Positions 19,189-28,400 of a DNA stretch of 64,000 bases are shown here, one piece after another (positions within the stretch are counted from its first letter, which is position 1; the number at the start of each line of letters is the position of its first letter). The stretch lies in the NCBI GenBank assembly GCA_963715655.1, contig OY970262.1, forward strand, positions 2,565,236 to 2,629,235, in the 5' to 3' direction. The DNA comes from Schleiferiaceae bacterium (GTDB lineage Bacteria > Bacteroidota > Bacteroidia > Flavobacteriales > Schleiferiaceae). The position numbers and the translations under genes are program-made. The notes under the pieces were generated by a model. The model was given only the letters and a program-made list of their open reading frames with translations, had not been told where the DNA came from and searched no databases.

Positions 19189-21012
19189 TTAAGCTGCTTT
19201 TGTGTAATTGTTGTGTTCGTGTATTAACTTTCCATCGGTTTTTAAAGAGTTGATATAACGTTCAGCGGTCTTCTGGTTAATTTCTAGTGCATTGGCAATT
19301 GTCAAATACCCTTGTCGGGTAAAATTATCGGGTAAATTTTTAAAGAATTGAGCCACCTTATCCGATGGTTTTTTTGGAGCAACACCTTTAAGTTTGGCAA
19401 ATATTTGAAGTGTATGTTCAAAAACTGTTTTTGCCACCTCTAATGCAATATCTACATCCTCATTACTCGGAATCAATTCGTTTTTGAAGTCACCATTATC
19501 CATCATTCTTAATACAGTTAAAATCATACAAACTCTATAAGCGAATGATGCTAATCGTCTTCCGCTTGCTGTGGTGTCTTCTCCTAACTCAGCATTAGCT
19601 CTTTCTAGTAAGATTGGGAACTCCTGATTAAATCTATCCAGTAAATAGTTAGTTTCAGTAAAATTGACCTCCCCAAGGTCGTGCAGTCGCTTTACAAAAC
19701 CACAATATCTATTTCCTAACACTTTAAAGTAATCTTCTGTGCTAACCGATTTTCTTTTCTCAAGCTTAAGGGGCGTCCATAACCTACCTATCTCAATTTG
19801 ATAAAATTGAAACCTACTAAAAAAACCATCTTGCACATTTGGTATAAGATTGGCAACCTGATTATCCGTTCCGCTTAAAAGTGTTGAGAGCTTTGGGGTA
19901 TCAATTTCGGAATATTCGCTGTTAGTGGATCTAAATGAGGTGATGGTTTCGTGTTCAAACGCCCTCCTTAACATTTCGGAGAAGTTACCCATTTCACTTT
20001 TCACTGAATTTGCTAGAGTGTCAGCTTCTGTCTCAAATAGGCATCCAATACCGTTGTTTTCAGAAAGGTTTTTTTTAAATCCAGCTGAAGTGTTGTTTGC
20101 GGGTATAAAGTGTAATTTTCTAGCAGGTTCAATCAGAGGAGCAACACCCTTATTATTAGATTCTTTAAATAGTGCTTTATCGATTTCGTACTGCGCCCAT
20201 TCTTGCTTGGTTTGCTCCAATAACATTTTGTGATATGGCATAGCTAATAATTTGCATAAGGATAATTTACCTTTTCCAGCAGATGCAGGGCCTGTTATAA
20301 ATAAGAATAGGTTTGGAAAAATCTTTCTATCGCGATAAATACCAGAAACATTAAACATCAATGAACCTAATGTAACAAGCGATCCAAGGAATAATAAATC
20401 TCGCTCTTGCTCACCTTCATGTGTTTTAAAGATATCAGTTAAGAGCGTTGGTAAATTCTCAAAAACAGCGTTTGGGATAAATGGCGGTCGTTTTTGTTTT
20501 ATTTTTAAGTTGCTTTGCATCTTATTGCTAAGTAGTTGTTTGGCATGTTCAGTATGTTTGGATGTAATAGAATTAGCGGTGCTCCTTTTTTTTGATTTTT
20601 TAGTGCTAATCTCTAAGTTAGCTTCCTTAGCGTAAGAGAATAAAGTCCCTATTGAAATTCCACCCATATTACGCTTGAGCGCTTGGTTAAATTTCGCGTC
20701 ACTTTCCTTACTATTATAAGCTGGGTGAAACTGACTGATTTTGTGAAAGTATGGCCGTCCATCTTCCTTAAATTCATCAACTAATGCAAAAGCTATATTC
20801 CGCCAACGTTCTTCCGTAGTAGTTAAATCAAGGGAGTGATGCTCAATCTGGTTTATTATTAATTCCACCTGTTCTCTAGTTGAATTGAACTTTTCATTTT
20901 TAGAAGAAAAGGCTGTTTCCGACTTTTTTAAAGTAGGTCTATCATTTTTATTAAATCTCGACTCGTTTTCTATTCGTTTTAGATACTCTTCTGGGTTGAA
21001 TTTAATTTTCAT
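19189..21012 (-). CDS. DUF3987-type P-loop (helicase-like) protein with N-terminal PriCT-2-like region; replication/mobilisation protein of Bacteroidetes mobile elements
   Basis: Walker A motif FITGPASAGKGKLS. The N-terminus (WRNIAFALVDEFKEDGRPYFHKISQF) resembles a primase C-terminal PriCT-2 domain. It sits in a typical position next to a Prim-Pol gene. Confidence 0.65.
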   Translation of the reverse strand: MKIKFNPEEYLKRIENESRFNKNDRPTLKKSETAFSSKNEKFNSTREQVELIINQIEHHSLDLTTTEERWRNIAFALVDEFKEDGRPYFHKISQFHPAYNSKESDAKFNQALKRNMGGISIGTLFSYAKEANLEISTKKSKKRSTANSITSKHTEHAKQLLSNKMQSNLKIKQKRPPFIPNAVFENLPTLLTDIFKTHEGEQERDLLFLGSLVTLGSLMFNVSGIYRDRKIFPNLFLFITGPASAGKGKLSLCKLLAMPYHKMLLEQTKQEWAQYEIDKALFKESNNKGVAPLIEPARKLHFIPANNTSAGFKKNLSENNGIGCLFETEADTLANSVKSEMGNFSEMLRRAFEHETITSFRSTNSEYSEIDTPKLSTLLSGTDNQVANLIPNVQDGFFSRFQFYQIEIGRLWTPLKLEKRKSVSTEDYFKVLGNRYCGFVKRLHDLGEVNFTETNYLLDRFNQEFPILLERANAELGEDTTASGRRLASFAYRVCMILTVLRMMDNGDFKNELIPSNEDVDIALEVAKTVFEHTLQIFAKLKGVAPKKPSDKVAQFFKNLPDNFTRQGYLTIANALEINQKTAERYINSLKTDGKLIHEHNNYTKAA

Positions 21013-21040
21013 AATTTTTTTTTGGATTTAGACTAAGGAG

Positions 21041-21958
21041 TTAGTGATTAAGATATTTTGGATTTATATAGACTTCAGGATCGTGGCATAAAAAACAAGC
21101 TCTAGACACATCTTTCCCAGAGGGATCGGCTTCTAAACTGAAATTTTGTTTTAGAAAAATGGAAACTGCTTGAAAGTACTTCTCATGGGTTACCTCTTTT
21201 GTCAACTCAATTGGAATAATCCATTTAAGACCATTTCCTGAAGGAGATTTAAACAGTAGTTCGGTTTCAAATTCCTCAATCCCTAACAGTGTAGCACGTG
21301 TTTCAGATACGTTTGGTAAGTCATCAAAATCTATAGTTAAAAGGTTTGAATGGTGGATTAAACCAGCATTAGATCGTGTACTAAATAAACCGGAGAAAGT
21401 AACATAGTCCAACCCCGTTGATTTAAATTTAGAGGCTTGATTTTTCAAACTAAATGCTCTGAGCTTTCTAGTTACATCAGGGTATTTATTTCCTTTAATA
21501 AGCTCATACACCTGAAGGGTGTTAAGGGTGCTTTTTGGGGTGGTATTATGGATGGGAGCGTTATAGTAACTAAACAGCGGCATTGCTTCTCCCTTTAGTG
21601 TAGGTGGTGATAAGTTGGGTGCTACCTCTAGTATTTCAGTAAGAGGAATTCTTAAGTTCATTTCATCGTTAAGAATATTAGATAATGCATTTTCGTTATC
21701 ACCATAGTGCAGTTTAGCAAAATCAAAACAGTTACCTGCTGCAATGGAATTATCCGTATCGGAGTGCATTGCCACATTATCTACTATTTTAATTTTCAGA
21801 GATTTTTTACCATAATTAAATGGATTTCTTGTAGGCTCACAGATGGTGCCATTTAACTTTAGGACTGTTTCACACGGGTAGTACTTCCTGAGTACATGTC
21901 CATAAATATTTAACCCGTAATATGTCTGTTTTAAAATAGCGGTATTAATTTGGTTCAT
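21041..21958 (-). CDS. Primase-polymerase (AEP/BT4734-like Prim-Pol) domain protein
   Basis: The C-terminal region (LTIDFDDLPNV ... FKSPSGNGLKWIIPI ... SGKDVSRACFLCHDPEV) resembles the acidic and SxxGxGxH motifs of bifunctional primase-polymerase domains. Co-oriented and adjacent to the DUF3987 gene. Confidence 0.5.
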   Translation of the reverse strand: MNQINTAILKQTYYGLNIYGHVLRKYYPCETVLKLNGTICEPTRNPFNYGKKSLKIKIVDNVAMHSDTDNSIAAGNCFDFAKLHYGDNENALSNILNDEMNLRIPLTEILEVAPNLSPPTLKGEAMPLFSYYNAPIHNTTPKSTLNTLQVYELIKGNKYPDVTRKLRAFSLKNQASKFKSTGLDYVTFSGLFSTRSNAGLIHHSNLLTIDFDDLPNVSETRATLLGIEEFETELLFKSPSGNGLKWIIPIELTKEVTHEKYFQAVSIFLKQNFSLEADPSGKDVSRACFLCHDPEVYINPKYLNH

Positions 21959-21969
21959 AGGTAGAGGTT

Positions 21970-22239
21970 TTAAAGGTTACTGTTTTGTTGACTTTGGTCT
22001 AACATTTCATCGATATCCTTTTGACGATAGAATATTTTACCTTGAACTTTGGAAAACTTAATAGTTCCATTTTCCCTCCACGAGGCGAGGGTTCGTTGAG
22101 AAACATTTAGAAGTTTCATCAAACTAGAATTGTCGTAAATCTTACTAGGAGATTTATTTGACTTAATGTACTCGAAAATCGAATCGAGTTGCTGCTGATA
22201 ACGGGTGTACTCTTCTTTAGGTACTGCTGAAAAATTCAT
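21970..22239 (-). CDS. Excisionase-like HTH DNA-binding protein (Bacteroidetes mobile-element Xis/HTH_17 type)
   Basis: 89 aa with LMKLLNVSQRTLASWRENGTIKFSKVQGKIFYRQKDIDEML, a typical MerR/excisionase-like HTH found upstream of Prim-Pol/DUF3987 genes in Bacteroidetes integrative elements. Confidence 0.65.
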   Translation of the reverse strand: MNFSAVPKEEYTRYQQQLDSIFEYIKSNKSPSKIYDNSSLMKLLNVSQRTLASWRENGTIKFSKVQGKIFYRQKDIDEMLDQSQQNSNL

Positions 22240-22349
22240 CTTTTATTATTTTTAATGAGGGCACAAGATGAATGTGATTTTCAATAATTAGGAATTGCTA
22301 ATATCATATATGAGTGATATTAATAAAAAAAGTACTGTCTGTCAATGAT

Positions 22350-23585
22350 TTACAATTTTTTAAAAATCTCCAAAATTGTTTCCAACTCAGATCTAATTGG
22401 GCTTAGTCGGATTGTATTGTATTTAAGTTCTTGCATGTTTCCCCTATGATCTTTAAATCGAAAATTACTTGCGAAAAAAAGTACCGCCTCCTTTTGATGT
22501 TCAAAAATGTTTAAACCGTAAAATAACCTTATCAAAAGAGCGGCCTGCTTAATAGTCAAGCTTGTATTTCTAGCAGAATTAGAATTTTGAATATTTAATT
22601 CAAGCAGTCTATAAAAGACTGCAGCAGCTTTAATTCGGCAAAAATTGTTGATTTCGAAGAAATTACTTGAAGTGCTTAGCATGTTTGGATAGCTTGACTC
22701 TTCATATTTTAAAAGTTTTGGTAAATCAACTTCTGAAGTAGACAATTGGGAAAAGTATTTCTGTTTATGAACTGTAAACAAATCCTTTTGAACTTGTATA
22801 GGATTAAGATTATTTTGAATAGCTCTTTCACGACTATCAAAAAATTCTTTTTCATACCGTTCAATCAGGAATTTCACCAAGTTGGAAATATCAAAGTTCG
22901 CTTTGTAAATTGCATGTATAGGAAAGTAAACGAAGTTATCTTCATGTAAATTTAAAATCTCAACTATTGCATCCTTTGGACGCATTTCAACGATGGCTTT
23001 TAATTTTTCTAAAAATGGAAATATTCTCTGTTTAACCCAAAAATCATCAAAATTTGAAACGCTATAATTCATAAGCTGTTTCTTAAAGAAAGCTATGTTA
23101 GATTTTTCATTAAAAAGAAATGGTAAGGTTCTAATTACCTGTTTATCTATGTAGTGACTACCAAAAACGTCCCCCTGGCTATTGTAAGATTCTTGAGTGA
23201 AATTATTGTTACCACCTTTTCTCATTACATCTGCCGCAAAAACGGAAAGTAGAATAGGGTAGTCCCTATCTATCCAAGGGGTCATTCCTAAATGCACAGG
23301 CCAAACAAACCTATTGCTTGAATCATTAACCATTCCTGTAATGGTCGGATTATTATGGAGAGTGTTATTTATCTCCCAGTTTTGTAAAGATTTTAGCAAC
23401 AGAGACTTTAAACCTGTGAAATCATCAATTTTGAAACTAGTAAGATTCAATGTCCTGAGATCTTCAACGCAATTTGTGAAGTTGAAATGATTTCGGATTG
23501 CCGTATTAATATCGTCCACAAAATAGGTAAGATTATGTTTTTCAATCAATTCGTCCAGCACTGTGTCAAGCGTTTTATCATTCAT
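22350..23585 (-). CDS. Hypothetical protein (411 aa) leading the Xis/Prim-Pol/DUF3987 gene string
   Basis: Long uninterrupted ORF co-oriented with the downstream mobile-element genes. No recognisable motif. Confidence 0.45.
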   Translation of the reverse strand: MNDKTLDTVLDELIEKHNLTYFVDDINTAIRNHFNFTNCVEDLRTLNLTSFKIDDFTGLKSLLLKSLQNWEINNTLHNNPTITGMVNDSSNRFVWPVHLGMTPWIDRDYPILLSVFAADVMRKGGNNNFTQESYNSQGDVFGSHYIDKQVIRTLPFLFNEKSNIAFFKKQLMNYSVSNFDDFWVKQRIFPFLEKLKAIVEMRPKDAIVEILNLHEDNFVYFPIHAIYKANFDISNLVKFLIERYEKEFFDSRERAIQNNLNPIQVQKDLFTVHKQKYFSQLSTSEVDLPKLLKYEESSYPNMLSTSSNFFEINNFCRIKAAAVFYRLLELNIQNSNSARNTSLTIKQAALLIRLFYGLNIFEHQKEAVLFFASNFRFKDHRGNMQELKYNTIRLSPIRSELETILEIFKKL

Positions 23586-23794
23586 AGTGGTAATTTAATG
23601 CAGCTAATGTATTAAACGATGCAAATCAATGTTTTTGAGTACTTTTGACCTTTATAGAATTTAGAAACGTAGGATTTAGGTGGCAATTTTTGTGGCATTC
23701 CATATTTAGAAAATGCAACGTATTGTCAAGTAAACGTTTACAAAATATTTTTCGGTTCCGTCCGGACCGCTATTTATTTAGTAAATAAATGCAA

Positions 23795-23831
23795 AAGCCT
23801 GAAAGTCAAACGATTTTCAGGCTTTTTTTTG
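23795..23831 (+). terminator. Hairpin plus poly-T terminator-like structure in an orphan position (no upstream plus-strand gene)
   Basis: agcctgaaa-gtcaaacga-ttttcaggct followed by tttttttt. It is immediately preceded by the perfect palindromes atttatttagtaaataaat and gtccggac. Confidence 0.4.
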
Positions 23832-23978
23832 TTCCATTAGGTAAAAAGAAGTAATAAAATACACCTCTTTTAAAGCAATTCAGAAGCATTGATTTTAAGT
23901 AATACCGAAATGAAATTTGCTAGATTAAATTGTAAAATATCCAAAAATGTGGTATCCTGCAACTTGATTTAATAAACT

Positions 23979-25421
23979 ATGGATATTCACTGGATTGACT
24001 TAACCATCTTCATCATTTATTTACTTGCCATGTTGGCGGTGGGCTTATTTTTTTTGAGAAAAAACAGCTCAGAAGATGACTACTACGTGGGTGGTAGAAA
24101 TTTTTCGGCAGGTCATATTGGTCTTTCTGTAGTAGCAACTGATGTGGGTGGTGGCTTTTCCATTGGCTTAGGTGGACTGGGATTTGTAATGGGAATTTCC
24201 GGTAGTTGGATGTTACTTACCGGATTGTTAGGCGCTTGGCTGAGTGCCGTATTTTTAATTCCAAAAGTCTATCCTGTTGCAAAAAAATATGCGCTTTTGA
24301 GTTTTCCACAAGCACTAAAACACTTTTACAACGCCCGTGTGGCTTTACTTGCAGGTATTATATCTTTTATTGGATATATAGGTTTCACAAGCTCGCAAAT
24401 ATTAGCTGGAGCAAAACTTGCATCTGCCACTTTCCCTAGCATTAGCATTTTTTGGGCGGTACTTATTATGGGTGTAATTGCCATAGGATATACGGCTGTG
24501 GGCGGTATAAAAGCGGTAATTTACACCGATACCGTGCAGTGGATTATTTTGATGGTGGGGCTAATTGGTATTGGTATTCCCATGGGTTACTACGCGCTTG
24601 GCGGTTGGGAAAATATTACTTCCGTACTACCTGAACGCTTTTTTTCGATTACCGAAATTACTTGGATGCAACTCTTTAATTGGGCGATAACGATTATACC
24701 TATTTGGTTTGTAGGTATGACCCTATATCAAAGAATTTATGCTTGTCGCGATGAACAAACCGCAAAAAAAGCATGGCGCATTGCTGGACTTTTTGAGTGG
24801 CCTGTAATGGCTTTTATGGGTGTAATTTTAGGTCTTTTTGCTAAAGTCGGTTTTGAACAAGGCATGTTTGCCGATGTTGGCTATCCCGCTAATACACAAA
24901 TAGATGCCGAACTAGGGCTACCTTTATTTCTTAGTCATATTCTTCCGGTTGGCTTAATGGGTTTAATGATGTCAGCTTATTTTTCTGCCATTATGAGCAC
25001 CGCTGATAGCTGTTTGGTGGCCGCTTCCGGAAATTTATTAACCGACATTTTACACAGAAAAAAAACCCGAACCAACAAACAAAATATTAAACTATCTCAA
25101 TTATTAACGCTAGCCATTGGAGCAGTAGCAATTTTATTAGCCACCGCTATGCAAGATGTATTAGAACTTATGCTCTACTCCTACGCATTTATGGTTTCCG
25201 GATTATTTGTGCCCGTGCTCGCGATGCTAACCTTAAAAAAACCTTCATCTAAAGCAGCCTTTGCGGCTATGCTTAGTGGTGGTTTATGCACGCTATTACT
25301 CATACTTAGCAAGTACCCTTTACCTTATGAGTTAGATGCAAACTTCTTCGGAATTGTGTTATCAGCTTTGGTGTTTTTAGTGGTGCAATTTGGTGGTAAT
25401 TGGAAAAATGTTTCTCAGTAA
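23979..25421 (+). CDS. Sodium:solute symporter family transporter
   Basis: 480 aa polytopic membrane protein with typical SSF N-terminal segments (YYVGGRNFSAGHIGLSVVATDVGGG) and about 13 predicted TM helices. Confidence 0.85.
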   Translation: MDIHWIDLTIFIIYLLAMLAVGLFFLRKNSSEDDYYVGGRNFSAGHIGLSVVATDVGGGFSIGLGGLGFVMGISGSWMLLTGLLGAWLSAVFLIPKVYPVAKKYALLSFPQALKHFYNARVALLAGIISFIGYIGFTSSQILAGAKLASATFPSISIFWAVLIMGVIAIGYTAVGGIKAVIYTDTVQWIILMVGLIGIGIPMGYYALGGWENITSVLPERFFSITEITWMQLFNWAITIIPIWFVGMTLYQRIYACRDEQTAKKAWRIAGLFEWPVMAFMGVILGLFAKVGFEQGMFADVGYPANTQIDAELGLPLFLSHILPVGLMGLMMSAYFSAIMSTADSCLVAASGNLLTDILHRKKTRTNKQNIKLSQLLTLAIGAVAILLATAMQDVLELMLYSYAFMVSGLFVPVLAMLTLKKPSSKAAFAAMLSGGLCTLLLILSKYPLPYELDANFFGIVLSALVFLVVQFGGNWKNVSQ

Positions 25422-25457
25422 AACGCTTTTTCTACACAAACTTTTTCATATTAAATG

Positions 25458-28400
25458 TTAGGTGTCACCTTTTCCTTCTATTGCTTTACTAATGCCCTGC
25501 AAACCTTTTGCTACAGCCTCTACTTGCTCTAATAAAACCCCCATTTCATTACCGCCCAAGCCTTGCCTTTTTTGGTTGCGCTGAAACACTTCTAATATTT
25601 CCTCCTTACGGGATTTCTCCTCAGCGCTAAGCCAGCCTTGTAATTCCTTAAACTTTAAAAAATTAAATTCAGCTCCGCTGGTTAGGGTTTGCGCTTCATT
25701 TTCATAATGTGATAACACCATTGTTTCCAATTCTTGATCATTCATTAAAGGATTCAGCTTCTCTACCAACTTATTCATATTACGGTAACTGCCCTGCAAC
25801 TGGAATGGTGGCTCCCTACGGTAAGCATCTGCTTGACCTGCACTATCAATATACTGTTGGTTTACGCTCAAAATTGCGTTTCTAACGCGTAGCATTTTTT
25901 CTAAAATGGCTAGGTAATCTTTTATCTCTTCAGGACTATGATTGCTTTCAAATGTTACACCTTCTTGTTCGCCCGTTTCAGCTATCTGTACCAGCGTGTA
26001 CACATCTTTGGCACTTTTAGTACGTAGCTTTGCTAGGATATCATTGGATGTTAAACTGTTTTCTATATAGCTCAATTCAAATGCCTTAGCCTTTCCGCCA
26101 ATTACATCTCCCAAATTGTAGGTATCGGCTCGGTTGGCCAACATATCGGGAATTTTAAATTTTTCACCACTCTCCGTATAAGGATTTCCCGCCATCACCA
26201 CGGCTACCTTTTTGCCTCTAAAGTCGTAAGTTTTACTCACCCCTTTATAAATACCTTCAACCTTTCTTTGAGCATCACAAAGTGAAATAAATTTCTGTAA
26301 AAACTCAGGATTGCAATGCTGAATATCATCTAAATAAATCATCACATTATCACCCATTTCAAAAGCTAAGTTGAGTTTTTCCAACTCTTCGCGCGCAGCA
26401 GAATTTTTAGCTGAACCTGGATCCAATGCCGTAACCTCGTGCCCAATGGCCGGCCCGTTAATTTTCATAAACACCAAACCCAAGCGGTTGGCTACGTATT
26501 CCATTAAGGTGGTTTTTCCATATCCCGGAGGTGAAACCAAGAGCAACATACCCATTAAATCCGTACGTTTTTTATCTCCGGCAGCACCCATTTGCTTGGC
26601 TAAATTATCGCCAATCATGGGTAAATACACTTCGTTTATAAGCTGATTACGCACAAAAGAACTCATTACCCTCGGCTTAAATTCACTCAAGCGTAAATCG
26701 GCTTTTGCCTTTGCCAGCAACTGTTTTTTGGTTTCTGTATATAATTTGTATCGCGGTACATCAACGGTTGAAAAATGCGCTAAGCGCAGCATAAATTTGC
26801 TAAAATGCACCGTTAATTTTCCATCAACCACCAAAGGATGGTCTCCCGCTAAACCCGAAACCTCCGCGCTAAGCATTACTTTATGCTCGGTAGGCGGTGC
26901 TATCCGTGCACTCATTAAAATAGTGGCTGCTTCTCGAATTTCTGACGCTTCAACGTTTAGCCGTTGCTCTTGCAAGAAGCTGTTTAACCAACTCATAACC
27001 AAATTCATGCGTTTTATAACATTCTCTGATTCAGCTTTTAAAACTTCCTCAAACAAACGCATATTTCGTTTCTTCTTTAAATGCGTATTAAACTCCTCCA
27101 CTAAATGCCACGCTTCCCAAGAAAAGCTAAACTCCGTTTCATATACCAAGCGCTGAAACAAATATTGCGCTGCTTCTTCGTGTAAAATTGTGGTGCTAAA
27201 AGTTGGTTGTGGCTGCACGTTAGCTATGGCCTCGCGTAATTCTAGCACCGTGTTTTCAAAACTCGTACTACCCGGAAACACCTGCACAATTTTCTTGATG
27301 TTATCAAATTGAACCTCCCATTGCGCTTTTTCCTTCTTAGGTAATAAATGCTCCCAAAATAAATAAGCTAGCACTCTCGCTTCCGCTGAAAAGCGCAATA
27401 AACCGATGGAAAAGTAAAAATCTAATAACTGCTTGAGAAGTAACGCTGCATCAAAATCATGAACACCTTTAATATAACCTTCTTCATAGCGTAAAGCCAT
27501 GCGCTGTTGTATATATTTTTGAAGCTCCTTTTGCGTAAGTTGATGAAGCGTATCTAATTCCTTTATCGCGTCATCCACTTGATTTGAAATATTTTGCGCT
27601 TCCTTAAAGAGCGCATAAGCCAAATACTCAGCTCTGTAAACAGTATCATTTTCTGAAACCAACGATTGGCTCCATACTGCTTTGGTGGTCAAAAATTCCG
27701 TATCATTAATCTGCTCAAAAAAGTTGGTACCTGTAATATGAAAAAACATATTGCTGTTACGCTGCACCATTGATAAATCAATTTCTTGCGTATTCACGTT
27801 AAAAGCATGTTGACCCAACTGAATAATATTCTCACCATCTACAAAAAGCTCTTGCTTATCTTTTAATTGTCGGCTTGCATCCTCATAGGCGGTTTTTAAT
27901 TGACTTTGCAGGTCATCTGCTTTTACAACGTCATCAATACCAAGCAATTGTTTGGTAATGTCGCGCACCTTATCTACCATTAAATCAGAGGCGTAATAGG
28001 CATTTATATCCTTCTGCTCCTTAAAATTTAATAGGCGTTTTTTAATACCACTTATAATCCGTTTTCCGGATTCATATAGCGCAACCGACTTTTTATTACG
28101 TGCCTCAACAAGTTGTATTTTTTTGGTTTCAAACGCATTATAAACCTGCTCACGCTTTTCAGTAAGTTTTGTAATAAAGTCGTCAAATTCAGAAAACTTA
28201 CCCTCCAATTCTTCCAATTGCACCATCAACTTATTCTGGTAATCTTCGCATTTTTCTGGAGAATCACTAATATCTAAATAATTGGTAAGCCCTTGGTTTA
28301 CTAGTTTTAATTGCGTATTAAACTCTGCTTCGCCCTCTTTACCTAAAAGCTCTTTTCGCTTTTTGCGTAAGGTTGCGTTAATACGATTAAACTGTGCGTA

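Noticed and set aside
24206-24634. ORFs 24206-24439 and 24452-24634 inside the symporter gene
   Set aside because: Alternative-frame ORFs within a well-supported 480-aa transporter. Compositionally atypical (Cys/Arg/Tyr-rich).
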